Below, piece after piece: positions 47,551 to 55,837 of a stretch of 58,090 bases of DNA. Numbering within the stretch: position 1 is the stretch's first letter; each line of letters begins with the position of its first letter. Origin of the DNA: an uncultured Granulosicoccaceae bacterium (GTDB taxonomy: Bacteria > Pseudomonadota > Gammaproteobacteria > Granulosicoccales > Granulosicoccaceae). Made by a program: the position numbers and the translations under genes. The notes under the pieces were generated by a model. That model did not search any database. It saw only the letters and a list, made by a program, of their open reading frames with translations, and was not told the origin of the DNA. The stretch spans positions 1-58,090 of the forward strand of contig CALGJU010000156.1 of NCBI GenBank assembly GCA_937928685.1. Reading direction: 5' to 3'.

Positions 47551-48405
47551 TTATTGACTGATTTCAGTGGTACGAAGAAATGCACTGCCCATACGATACG
47601 GCTCAATACGCAAAAACTCCCTGTTACTGTCTGCGCATAACTTACCAACCAACTCGCCAACAACATCATAGACCGCACTATCACTAAACGCCTGACTTTC
47701 AGCCGGCAGCTGCACTACCACCCCCTCATTCACAATACGACAACGAATATCACTGGCGCCAAGATAACCCGAAAGCCCGGTCTCTACTCGATGAATAAAA
47801 CGCAGATCAATCACATTAATACTGATACCCGTTTCAATTCGACTTGAAAGGCATGGCTGCGCCGGCAGCTGTGCAAGCCCCCCTAAGCCTGACGCCGACG
47901 CGAGTTGTCTTATCATATTTTTACTAATGCCGGCTTCTACATAAGGTTGCCATACATTCTTTTCTCTGGCGGCTTTAAGGCCGGGACGGTAGTCTCCCAG
48001 ATCATCAGTATTAGTGCCTGTGGCAATAAGACAATCTGCTCCTGCTTTTGCTAATATGCTCTCAAACAAACTACTTTTACAGTAGTAGCATCGATTCACC
48101 GGGTTTTGAATATACTGTTTGTTATTAAACTCCCCGGCATCAATCTCTTCAAGCGTCCAGTCATGCCTTTTCGACAATTCCCGACACCGCTCCGTGGCTT
48201 CGATCGGAACCGCCGCTGATATAGCGTGCATCGCAATCGTGGGCGCAGTTCGTACCCGTGATGCGATGGTCATTAGCGTGAGACTGTCGATACCACCGCT
48301 AAGCGCAATATAAACCGGTTGTGGCTGTGCTTTCAAAACGCCTTGAAGCTCAGTTAACTTTGCACTTATCACTGTAGCGATCACCTTTTTAGGCCTCACT
48401 TCCAT
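47551..48405 (-). CDS. larE: LarE, PP-loop ATP-dependent sulfur transferase of nickel-pincer cofactor synthesis
   Basis: PP-loop ALSGGIDS. Cysteines occur in NRCYYCKS and PAQPCLSSR. Overlaps larC by 17 nt. Confidence 0.88.
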   Translation of the reverse strand: MEVRPKKVIATVISAKLTELQGVLKAQPQPVYIALSGGIDSLTLMTIASRVRTAPTIAMHAISAAVPIEATERCRELSKRHDWTLEEIDAGEFNNKQYIQNPVNRCYYCKSSLFESILAKAGADCLIATGTNTDDLGDYRPGLKAAREKNVWQPYVEAGISKNMIRQLASASGLGGLAQLPAQPCLSSRIETGISINVIDLRFIHRVETGLSGYLGASDIRCRIVNEGVVVQLPAESQAFSDSAVYDVVGELVGKLCADSNREFLRIEPYRMGSAFLRTTEISQ

Positions 48406-49618
48406 CAGTCAACGCTTCGTTAACCGCCAGACTCTGTAGTGTTATTGCAGTGTGTCTGCGCAACTCAAGCGTGTCGGACTCAGAAAGGTCATCGCTGCCT
48501 ATTTTCGCCGAGCGGATGTTACCAGGGCGTTCCACCATTTTTAGTTCGTGACCTTGGGTTTCTGTTTTCCTTCTCGGCAGCACTTTGCGAGTCACACTTC
48601 CATATCGCACACCCAGAGTGGAAGTGAGTTTAAAACACTGTTGAATTATCGGCTCAACAGTCTCTGGCTGCACGAGAATGCGAATGCCTGTGGCTACCCT
48701 GCCTTTTTTTCCCTGCATCATCACACAACTCACATCAAGTACCCCCTCACACGCACGTAGTCTATCAGTCGACCAGGCTACTTCTTCTGCCGTCATGTCA
48801 TCAACTTCAAAACCAATTCGTACCACTTCATCGGTGAGCAGTACATCACCGGATTCATCTATCTGGCATGCTCGGGTAAAGGCCATCACACGCAGAAGAT
48901 TGGCACGGCCTTCCAGCACCCGGGTACCGCAGCCACTACCAACAGCACACAGTTTCAGCTGCGCTGAAGCCATACCTGCCGGTGTCGCTTCGAGATACGC
49001 AACAATTGCGGCCCCCGTAGGGGTAACTCGCTCGCCAGCGACACCATCGTCATGCCACTGAAAGCCTGTCAGTAAAGCCAGTGTGGCTGGCGCCGGCACC
49101 GGTATGTCCCCATGTGCCGTGTTTACACTACCAGCGCCAAGTGGCAGGTGGCCAATCCGCCAGTGAGCACACTTTACCCGCGCGATGATTCCCGCCGCTG
49201 CAACTATATCTACCATGGAGTCCCAGTCGGACACTTCGTGAAAGTGAATTGTGTCCATCGTTTTTCCGTGCACTTGAGCTTCAGCGTGCGCCAATAGTCT
49301 GAAAATTCCAGTGGCGTGATTGCAAACAGAAGGTTCCAATGATTTTGATTCAAGAAACGCTTTGACAGTGGCTAGTGTGCGCGGCGGTTTGGCCGTTGTC
49401 TTTTGCGTAACGCTGAAGTATTTCGCCTGCAACCCATTCGACAATCGATCTTCCAGTGACGCCGACAATCCCGCAACATTAAGCTGCGCAATATCATTCT
49501 CAAAGTCTTCAAACAGGTCCGGGAATGCACCGAACATTGCTGCGGCAAACATATCACCGGCAATACCACCGAGTGGCTCAAGGTCGATTCGAACTATAGG
49601 CTCGTCAATAGTATTCAC
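48389..49618 (-). CDS. larC: LarC, nickel-inserting cyclometallase (single uninterrupted ORF)
   Basis: The N-terminal LEPLGGIAGDMFAAA resembles the LarC SGISGDM motif. The 409-aa ORF is full length without a frameshift. Confidence 0.88.
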   Translation of the reverse strand: MNTIDEPIVRIDLEPLGGIAGDMFAAAMFGAFPDLFEDFENDIAQLNVAGLSASLEDRLSNGLQAKYFSVTQKTTAKPPRTLATVKAFLESKSLEPSVCNHATGIFRLLAHAEAQVHGKTMDTIHFHEVSDWDSMVDIVAAAGIIARVKCAHWRIGHLPLGAGSVNTAHGDIPVPAPATLALLTGFQWHDDGVAGERVTPTGAAIVAYLEATPAGMASAQLKLCAVGSGCGTRVLEGRANLLRVMAFTRACQIDESGDVLLTDEVVRIGFEVDDMTAEEVAWSTDRLRACEGVLDVSCVMMQGKKGRVATGIRILVQPETVEPIIQQCFKLTSTLGVRYGSVTRKVLPRRKTETQGHELKMVERPGNIRSAKIGSDDLSESDTLELRRHTAITLQSLAVNEALTDGSEA

Positions 49619-49625
49619 ACGCGGC

Positions 49626-50951
49626 TCAAGTTAAGGGGGCAAAGGAAAATGGCACCACATACGGGCCCTCGGGGATTACCGCGATCTCATTATCTGCATG
49701 GCGCTTCAGGCTTTCTTCAATCGATGCTGTCAGATCATCAACCACTTCAACCCCCGTGATCCCCGATGGATCACTACCGAGCCTGGGTGCATACAGTTTT
49801 ATTCTGCCGACACGCATTGGCTTTAGCTGCATTTCGGTTTGCCACTCATCCACATCAGCCAACGTCTTTTTTGCAATCGACTTTAAAAAACCTTCAGTGC
49901 CGAGTGCCACCAATTGCTTTTGTGCCGCACAAAACTCTTCAGACCCGAATCCCTCTGAGCATTCTGAAACAATAATCAAGTCACCGCCTTCTTCAAGAAT
50001 GCTCAGTGGCGTGACCATGCCTTTCACTGTTTGATAATACGTTTTATCCAACGGATAACCCGCCGAGGATGTCAGAATAGTTTTGAATTTCCGCCCGACA
50101 TTTAATTCACAACTTGCCCGTGCAAATTCTACTGCGCTGAGATGACTTTCAAGCACATCTCCAAAGGTGGCATGGACCAAATTGCGATTTTCATCAAGCA
50201 CGGTGTTAAGGCCCAGCACTGGCCCTGTTAACATCTGCAAGATTTCGAGCTGCGTTTCGTGTAGCGGATTTCCCTCAAGAATGCAGGAGGTGGCCAGTGG
50301 GTGCTCCATGAACCTTGCACTATGAAATGTGCGGATCGTTTCATGATGGGCCACCCCGGGTGCAATCACTTTGCGTCCACCGGAATACCCTGCCATAAAA
50401 TGCGGCTCCACCAAACCCGTAGCGATTTTTATATCTGCCTCTACAAACAAACGGTTCAACCCAACCGGTACCGAGTGTGTTTCAGTAACCCCCAAATGAA
50501 TACAGCTGTCTTCATCTCGGGCATAGTGGTTTACCACTTTGACATTTCTTTGTACCCAGGGATCTCCAAGTAATTCTTCAAGTTCCTGATCAAGGTTGGG
50601 TCTGTGCAACCCGGTCGCAACCAGTACGGTAACACCAGAGGCTGGTAACCCTGCATCTGCCAATCGACGAATTAAAGGCCGTAAAAACTCACCGTTTGGC
50701 ACAGGTCGAGTGATATCGCAAATCAGAATGCATGCTGTTTTAGCACCCTTGGCGAGTTCAGTCAGGTAATCCCCTGAGCCTGGCAGCGACGGATGTTGAT
50801 CAGAAGTTATCGGGTGCGCTAGAGCGTGCTGGATAATTTCTTCAGCGGTTTTGTCGATCTTCATCGCAGGTTTACGTAACACAGTAGGTTGGGCCTGCGA
50901 AGGCAGATCAACCTGCAAACCAGACTGTCCGAACGCCAGTTCAACTTTCAT
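49626..50951 (-). CDS. larA: LarA-family nickel-pincer-dependent 2-hydroxyacid racemase/epimerase
   Basis: DUF2088-type sequence. Residues matching L. plantarum LarA are the catalytic His (ATGLHRPN and EPHFMAG), the cofactor-tethering Lys (YSGGRKVIAPGV) and the Ni-ligand His (IRTFHS). Confidence 0.9.
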   Translation of the reverse strand: MKVELAFGQSGLQVDLPSQAQPTVLRKPAMKIDKTAEEIIQHALAHPITSDQHPSLPGSGDYLTELAKGAKTACILICDITRPVPNGEFLRPLIRRLADAGLPASGVTVLVATGLHRPNLDQELEELLGDPWVQRNVKVVNHYARDEDSCIHLGVTETHSVPVGLNRLFVEADIKIATGLVEPHFMAGYSGGRKVIAPGVAHHETIRTFHSARFMEHPLATSCILEGNPLHETQLEILQMLTGPVLGLNTVLDENRNLVHATFGDVLESHLSAVEFARASCELNVGRKFKTILTSSAGYPLDKTYYQTVKGMVTPLSILEEGGDLIIVSECSEGFGSEEFCAAQKQLVALGTEGFLKSIAKKTLADVDEWQTEMQLKPMRVGRIKLYAPRLGSDPSGITGVEVVDDLTASIEESLKRHADNEIAVIPEGPYVVPFSFAPLT

Positions 50952-51105
50952 GAATTCGGCCCTAGATTAGAACAATATGACAAGTTTCTATCCCTTATGT
51001 TGAACAGTTGACAAATACGTCGATTGCAACCGCATTAGCGCTGTAAATTACAAGCCATGGCCCATAAGATAGGAACACCTGCGAATTAAAATACAAGTCG
51101 ACACT

Positions 51106-51894
51106 ATGAATCAGCAAGCCGTTTTATCATCTGACGCTCAAAAGGTCACTCAGGTTAAACACTGGAACGATCGTCTGTTTTCATTCAGAGTGACGCGACC
51201 TGCGAGTCTTCGCTTTCGATCTGGCGAGTTTACAATGATCGGCTTGCCTGATGACACCACAAAACCACTCAAGCGCGCCTACTCTATAGCCAGCCCTTCC
51301 TGGGATGACGAGCTGGAGTTTTATTCGATCAAGGTCAGCGATGGCCCGCTCACCTCACGATTGCAAAAAATCAAAGTCGGTGACGACATCATTGTGCAGC
51401 CCAAGCCAGTAGGCACGTTGGTGCTTGATGCCTTACTGCCAGGCAAACGGCTGTATATGTTCGCCACCGGTACGGGTGTCGCTCCGTTTGCATCATTGAT
51501 TCGTGATCCCGACCTGTATGAACGATTCGACCAGATCATCCTGACACACACCTGTCGCCAGGTTGAAGAGCTCGGTTATAGCCAGGCACTGATCAACGCT
51601 TTACCAGATGATCCGTTGATCGGCGAACTATCACAGAAAAAAATTCGCTATTACCCAACCATAACGCAGGAAGAATTTACCCCCCAGGGGCGCATTACCC
51701 AACTGATCGAATCCGGTCAGCTTTTTCGTGATCTCGACGTATCGTCCATCAACCCGGACACTGATCGAGTGATGATTTGTGGCTCGATGGGACTGAACAA
51801 AGATATGAAGGCGATCTGCGAAGGCTTCGGTTTAGTTGAAGGGTCAAACAGTCGTCCCGGCACTTTTGTCATGGAAAAAGCATTCGTCGACTAA
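51106..51894 (+). CDS. fpr: Ferredoxin/flavodoxin-NADP+ reductase
   Basis: FAD motif RAYSIAS and NADP motif MFATGTGVAPF. The C-terminus MEKAFVD is typical of bacterial Fpr. Confidence 0.9.
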   Translation: MNQQAVLSSDAQKVTQVKHWNDRLFSFRVTRPASLRFRSGEFTMIGLPDDTTKPLKRAYSIASPSWDDELEFYSIKVSDGPLTSRLQKIKVGDDIIVQPKPVGTLVLDALLPGKRLYMFATGTGVAPFASLIRDPDLYERFDQIILTHTCRQVEELGYSQALINALPDDPLIGELSQKKIRYYPTITQEEFTPQGRITQLIESGQLFRDLDVSSINPDTDRVMICGSMGLNKDMKAICEGFGLVEGSNSRPGTFVMEKAFVD

Positions 51895-52002
51895 CGCTTC
51901 AGCGTTGCTTACAATCGTGGCTGCCGTGGAACTAATAGGCAGCCTGAGAATCAGATCTGTTGTTGACGATCTCAGATCAACGAATGTAAACGAGGACGAA
52001 AT

Positions 52003-52422
52003 ATGAAAAGACGCCAATTTCTGGCACTTTCTACATTGGCACTCTCTGCATCTACACTGGCCGCACGTGTCAGTTGGGCAGAAGCCGGCCACCATGTGGA
52101 TTTCACTCAAGAGGCTTACGCAAAAGCACTCGAGAGTGGTGAGCCCTTCATGCTTGACTTCTCAGCTTCCTGGTGACCAACCTGCCGATCTCAAGAGCGC
52201 ACCGTGAGTGCACTAATCGACGGTAACGACGCCTACAAAGCGGTCACAATTATGCGAGTTGACTGGGACACCTTCAAAGGTGATGAATGGGTCAAAGAGC
52301 TTAAAGTGAGAAGACAATCAACATTAGTAATGTTCAAAGACGGCGAAGAGATCGATCGTTTAATCGCCCAGACCTCTTCCGCCGTGATCGAAGAAATGTT
52401 TGCAAAAGCCATTGCGAGCTAG
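52003..52422 (+). CDS. Tat-signal thioredoxin-family protein with in-frame TGA at the first position of the WCxxC motif (candidate selenoprotein; alternatively a pseudogene)
   Basis: The ATG at 52003 lies 6 nt after GAGGA. The N-terminus MKRRQFLALSTLALSASTLAARVSWA is followed by ... PFMLDFSASW-[TGA 52174-52176]-PTCRSQ ... QSTLVMFKDGEEIDR. The frame is continuous with the track ORF 52204..52422. The layout matches the periplasmic thioredoxin family that carries ASWCPTC ... QSTLIVF. Confidence 0.6.
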
Positions 52423-52440
52423 CGGCAACATCTACTAAAC

Positions 52441-52467
52441 AAAACGGGACCATTCGGTCCCGTTTTT
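52441..52467. terminator. Bidirectional rho-independent terminator
   Basis: AAAACGGGACC-ATTC-GGTCCCGTTTTT lies between convergent genes. A-tracts and T-tracts flank it on both sides. Confidence 0.85.
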
Positions 52468-52503
52468 ATTTAAGTTAAGCACCCTTCACACCAGCTACCT
52501 TAC

Positions 52504-53361
52504 CTATGCTGGTGGCATCTCGGCATGCTGCGGTGTCTCATCAGTAATTTCAAACCAATCCGCTTTAGACTCAATGTAAATATGCGCTTTAGGTTCGATC
52601 CCGGGGTGATCATCCAGCGATCCAGCCGGGACATTAAGCATGGGAGAGTTTTCTGACTGCCTTGGTACAGACGAGCCGCACTGTTTGCAAAAGCTGTTAC
52701 CAAAGCGCTCTGCATCCGGCAAATCATACACAGTAACGTTTGCTTCACCCTGCAACCATTCAAAATCTTCCGGTGCTACAAATACATTGGCAGCATGTGC
52801 GGCACCTTTTACTTTGCGGCATCGGCTGCAATGACAAAGCATCATTAGCTTGGCACTGCCTGACTTGTATCGAAACGTCACGTCTCCACACAAACAACTG
52901 CCACCAACATGACCTTCATGAGCACTTCCTCTTTCTGATTGCTCAATGGAGGTAAGCCCCTGTTCCGTCGCTATCTCATCGTATTCGGCCATCTGCGGTA
53001 GATGATCAGTGATTTGATACCAATCTGCTTTTGATTCAGCAAAGATATGCTTGATTGGACTTATACCGATAGCACTGTCAAGCCCGCCAGCCGGAACAAA
53101 ATAAAATTCCGCCCCGTCTACATCTTCCGGCAAAACTGAACCGCATTCCTTGCAGAAGCATCGATAAAATCCGGGTGATGATTCAAACCGGGTGATCTTA
53201 TCTTCACCATGCTTAATGGTGACTCCAGGGCTTCTGACATAACTTCCAAACGGTGTGCCGTGTGCCTTTTGACACATCGAGCAGTGACAGTGAATAAAAT
53301 TTTCCAGCGGCTCTTCGACTTCGTAGGCCACAGCACCACACAAACATGATCCGGTTAGCAT
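52504..53361 (-). CDS. Tandem GFA (glutathione-dependent formaldehyde-activating / CENP-V) domain protein
   Basis: Two copies of the GFA Cys pattern are present. The first is GSCLCGAV ... CHCSMCQKAHG ... CKECGS and the second is GSCLCGDV ... CHCSRCRKVKG ... CKQCGS. Confidence 0.85.
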   Translation of the reverse strand: MLTGSCLCGAVAYEVEEPLENFIHCHCSMCQKAHGTPFGSYVRSPGVTIKHGEDKITRFESSPGFYRCFCKECGSVLPEDVDGAEFYFVPAGGLDSAIGISPIKHIFAESKADWYQITDHLPQMAEYDEIATEQGLTSIEQSERGSAHEGHVGGSCLCGDVTFRYKSGSAKLMMLCHCSRCRKVKGAAHAANVFVAPEDFEWLQGEANVTVYDLPDAERFGNSFCKQCGSSVPRQSENSPMLNVPAGSLDDHPGIEPKAHIYIESKADWFEITDETPQHAEMPPA

Positions 53362-53460
53362 TGTTTAAGACCTCCTGTTTAAGAGCACATATTACTCGTA
53401 GGGACAGGTTATATCATCTCTATTTCGAGCCCTTCGTGTAGACTGACAGCCTATTAGATG

Positions 53461-53620
53461 AAAGCTTGCCCGAGAACCATGATCTACTGCGGTCGCGATA
53501 TTTTGGCCAGCTATTTCGATCCATATCGTTAAAGAAGAATGACTATTCGCCTCTAAAGATCGAAATATCTGACCTAAAACCTCACAACGGAGCTCAAGAC
53601 CCTAGTCTCGGACAAACTCC
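53461..53620. mobile_element. MITE-like repeat, copy B (inverted relative to copy A)
   Basis: The reverse complement aligns with 18474-18634 over about 155 nt, with roughly 14 differences by eye. Imperfect terminal inverted repeats are retained (CTTGCCCGAGAAC ... GTCTCGGACAAAC). Confidence 0.7.
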
Positions 53621-53685
53621 TAACTGTGGTGCAAGCAGCCTTTTCAAAACCCAACTCAAAACCCAACGAGCTAAAATCAAACAGA

Positions 53686-53901
53686 ATGCGTGAAGTAAAG
53701 CTAAACAAAGAACCCGTTGAGCTATTCAAATTGATCAAGTTTGAAGGTTTAGCCAGCAGTGGTGGCGAAGCCAAGCAGATGATTGACAGTCAACAGGTAC
53801 GGGTCAATGGAGAAATCGAAACCCGAAAACGCAAGAAGATAATGGCAGGGGATGTTATCACTGTCGGTGATGAAGAATTCATCACCGCACTGGAAAGCTA
53901 G
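53686..53901 (+). CDS. S4-like RNA-binding protein (YbcJ family)
   Basis: The 71-aa sequence MREVKLNKEPVELFKLIKFEGLASSGGEAKQMI ... VRVNGEIETRKRKKI is typical of YbcJ. The track start at 53626 lies inside the repeat element. Confidence 0.8.
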   Translation: MREVKLNKEPVELFKLIKFEGLASSGGEAKQMIDSQQVRVNGEIETRKRKKIMAGDVITVGDEEFITALES

Positions 53902-54166
53902 TGTACTGGAACAAATAGAATGTGCATTTGAGAGTTCGTCATTTGGTTTGCAACAAGGCGAAGCTCGCAGGCAATAGTTATTCTCTTTTCAAGAGCTTCA
54001 ACGCTGTGGCAAGCCTAATGCCGAGCTCCCGCAGGGGCGATTAATCAAAGTGCACACCACATTTGTTGCAGGCTCTATGACTTACTGTTGTCCCGATTTA
54101 TCTATTAAAATTAGACACTTTGATTGATTGACTCATATGTGCAATCTATTTGTTCCAGTGCACTAG
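53898..54166. repeat. 269-nt segment bounded by 21-nt inverted repeats (20/21 match)
   Basis: CTAGTGTACTGGAACAAATAG (53898-53918) pairs with CTATTTGTTCCAGTGCACTAG (54146-54166). Weaker complementarity extends about 6 nt further inward. The left arm overlaps the ybcJ-like stop codon. Confidence 0.5.
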
Positions 54167-54282
54167 CAGCGTAACGCCGGCCACATCATCTCAAAACTCA
54201 TCAATCGGTGATTTCAGAACATCGGGAGAATTCCAATTTGTAGTACCCTGAAGTCTGGTAGGAACAGATTAAGAGGACTGCA

Positions 54283-55836
54283 ATGAATTCGGGCCACGAG
54301 AACACGCGAAACGGCAATGCCGCCTGCTACTTCGTTGATCGCCACACGCAAGAATCGCACGCGGACAAAGCAGCCTTTATTGAGGCGGACGGTCAGAAAC
54401 GCAGCATCAGCTACCGCGAGGTGGCTACCGGGTCTGCAAAGATGGCAGAGCTGCTGGAACGTCATGATATACGCCGCGAAGATCGTGTCGGATTATTGCT
54501 GCTTGATCAAATAGAATTCCCGCTGATCTTCTGGGGCTGCCTGAAAGCTGGGGTGGTGCCGGTGGCGATAAACACACTACTTGCCACCAGCGTTTATGAA
54601 GCGATTCTGGCAGATAGCCGGGTGCGGGCGCTGTTTGTTTCTGTCCAGCTTTTGCCGGTGGTTGAATCGTTACTCGATAATCATCCCACTATCACTGCAG
54701 TATTCGTCACCGGAGAGCATTCATCAGAACACCAGTCGTTCGATACCGCGCTAGATACTTGCAGCCCGCGCGAAACAGTACATGCCTCACCTGACGAGTG
54801 TGCATTCTGGTTATATTCATCCGGCTCTACCGGTCAGCCCAAAGGGGTTCGCCATGTGCACAGCAGCTTACAGTTCACTGCGGATACATATGGCCGTCAG
54901 GTGTTGCAGATAGAGCATGACGATACCGTCTATTCCGCCGCCAAGTTCTTCTTTGCCTACGGCCTTGGCAATGCACTCACATTTCCTATGTCGGTCGGAG
55001 CCACCACGGTATTGTTATCCGGCAGGCCCACACCGGAATCAGTGCTCGATGTTATCAATACTTATAAGCCGACTATATTTTGTGGTGTGCCAACGCTTTA
55101 CGCTGCAACCACGGCATACATTGAGTCTGGCCACGGCTCTTGTGATGCAACACTTCGCCGGTGTATTTCAGCGGGTGAAGCAATGCCTGAGGATATCGGC
55201 AACGGCTGGCAAAAGCTCACCAATTGTGAAATTCTTGATGGCGTTGGCTCTACAGAAATGCTCCACATCTTTCTTTCAAACAGAGTCGGGGATGCGGTGT
55301 ATGGCACCTCCGGAATCGCTGTACCCGGCTATGAAGTGCGGTTGGTCGATGAGGCAGGCAATGAAACGGAAGTAGGTGAGGTCGGTGAACTTCTGGTTAA
55401 CGGTGCCTCTGCTGCAAGTGACTACTGGAACCAACGCGAAAAGACCCGCACCACATTTGAAGGTGAATGGACACGCACTGGTGATAAATATGAAAAACGC
55501 GCCGACGGGCGTTTAATCTATTGCGGTCGTACTGATGATATGTTTAAAGTCAGCGGTATCTGGGTATCACCGTTTGAAGTAGAGCAGTCGATCATATCCC
55601 ACCCGGATGTGCTGGAGGCAGCGGTCGTGGCGGCACGAGACGATCAGGATCTGGAAAAACCAAAAGCCTTCGTGGTGTTAAAGAATCAGGAGGCTGGTGA
55701 CAATATCGCCGGCGTATTAAAAGACCACGTTCAACAGCAAATAGGTAAGTGGAAGTACCCGCGCTGGGTAGAGATTGTGCCCGAGCTACCCAAAACTGCG
55801 ACCGGTAAAATCCAACGCTTTAAGCTAAGAAGCTAA
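54283..55836 (+). CDS. Aryl/acyl-CoA ligase (benzoate-CoA ligase family, AMP-forming)
   Basis: AMP-binding motif YSSGSTGQPKGV. Further blocks are TGD..E, GRTDDMFKVSGIWVSP and a C-terminal PKTATGKIQRF. Confidence 0.88.
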   Translation: MNSGHENTRNGNAACYFVDRHTQESHADKAAFIEADGQKRSISYREVATGSAKMAELLERHDIRREDRVGLLLLDQIEFPLIFWGCLKAGVVPVAINTLLATSVYEAILADSRVRALFVSVQLLPVVESLLDNHPTITAVFVTGEHSSEHQSFDTALDTCSPRETVHASPDECAFWLYSSGSTGQPKGVRHVHSSLQFTADTYGRQVLQIEHDDTVYSAAKFFFAYGLGNALTFPMSVGATTVLLSGRPTPESVLDVINTYKPTIFCGVPTLYAATTAYIESGHGSCDATLRRCISAGEAMPEDIGNGWQKLTNCEILDGVGSTEMLHIFLSNRVGDAVYGTSGIAVPGYEVRLVDEAGNETEVGEVGELLVNGASAASDYWNQREKTRTTFEGEWTRTGDKYEKRADGRLIYCGRTDDMFKVSGIWVSPFEVEQSIISHPDVLEAAVVAARDDQDLEKPKAFVVLKNQEAGDNIAGVLKDHVQQQIGKWKYPRWVEIVPELPKTATGKIQRFKLRS

Positions 55837-55837
55837 C

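Noticed and set aside
53466-53693. 75-aa plus-strand ORF upstream of the ybcJ-like gene
   Set aside because: It lies almost entirely within MITE-like copy B, and the equivalent frame is not conserved in copy A.
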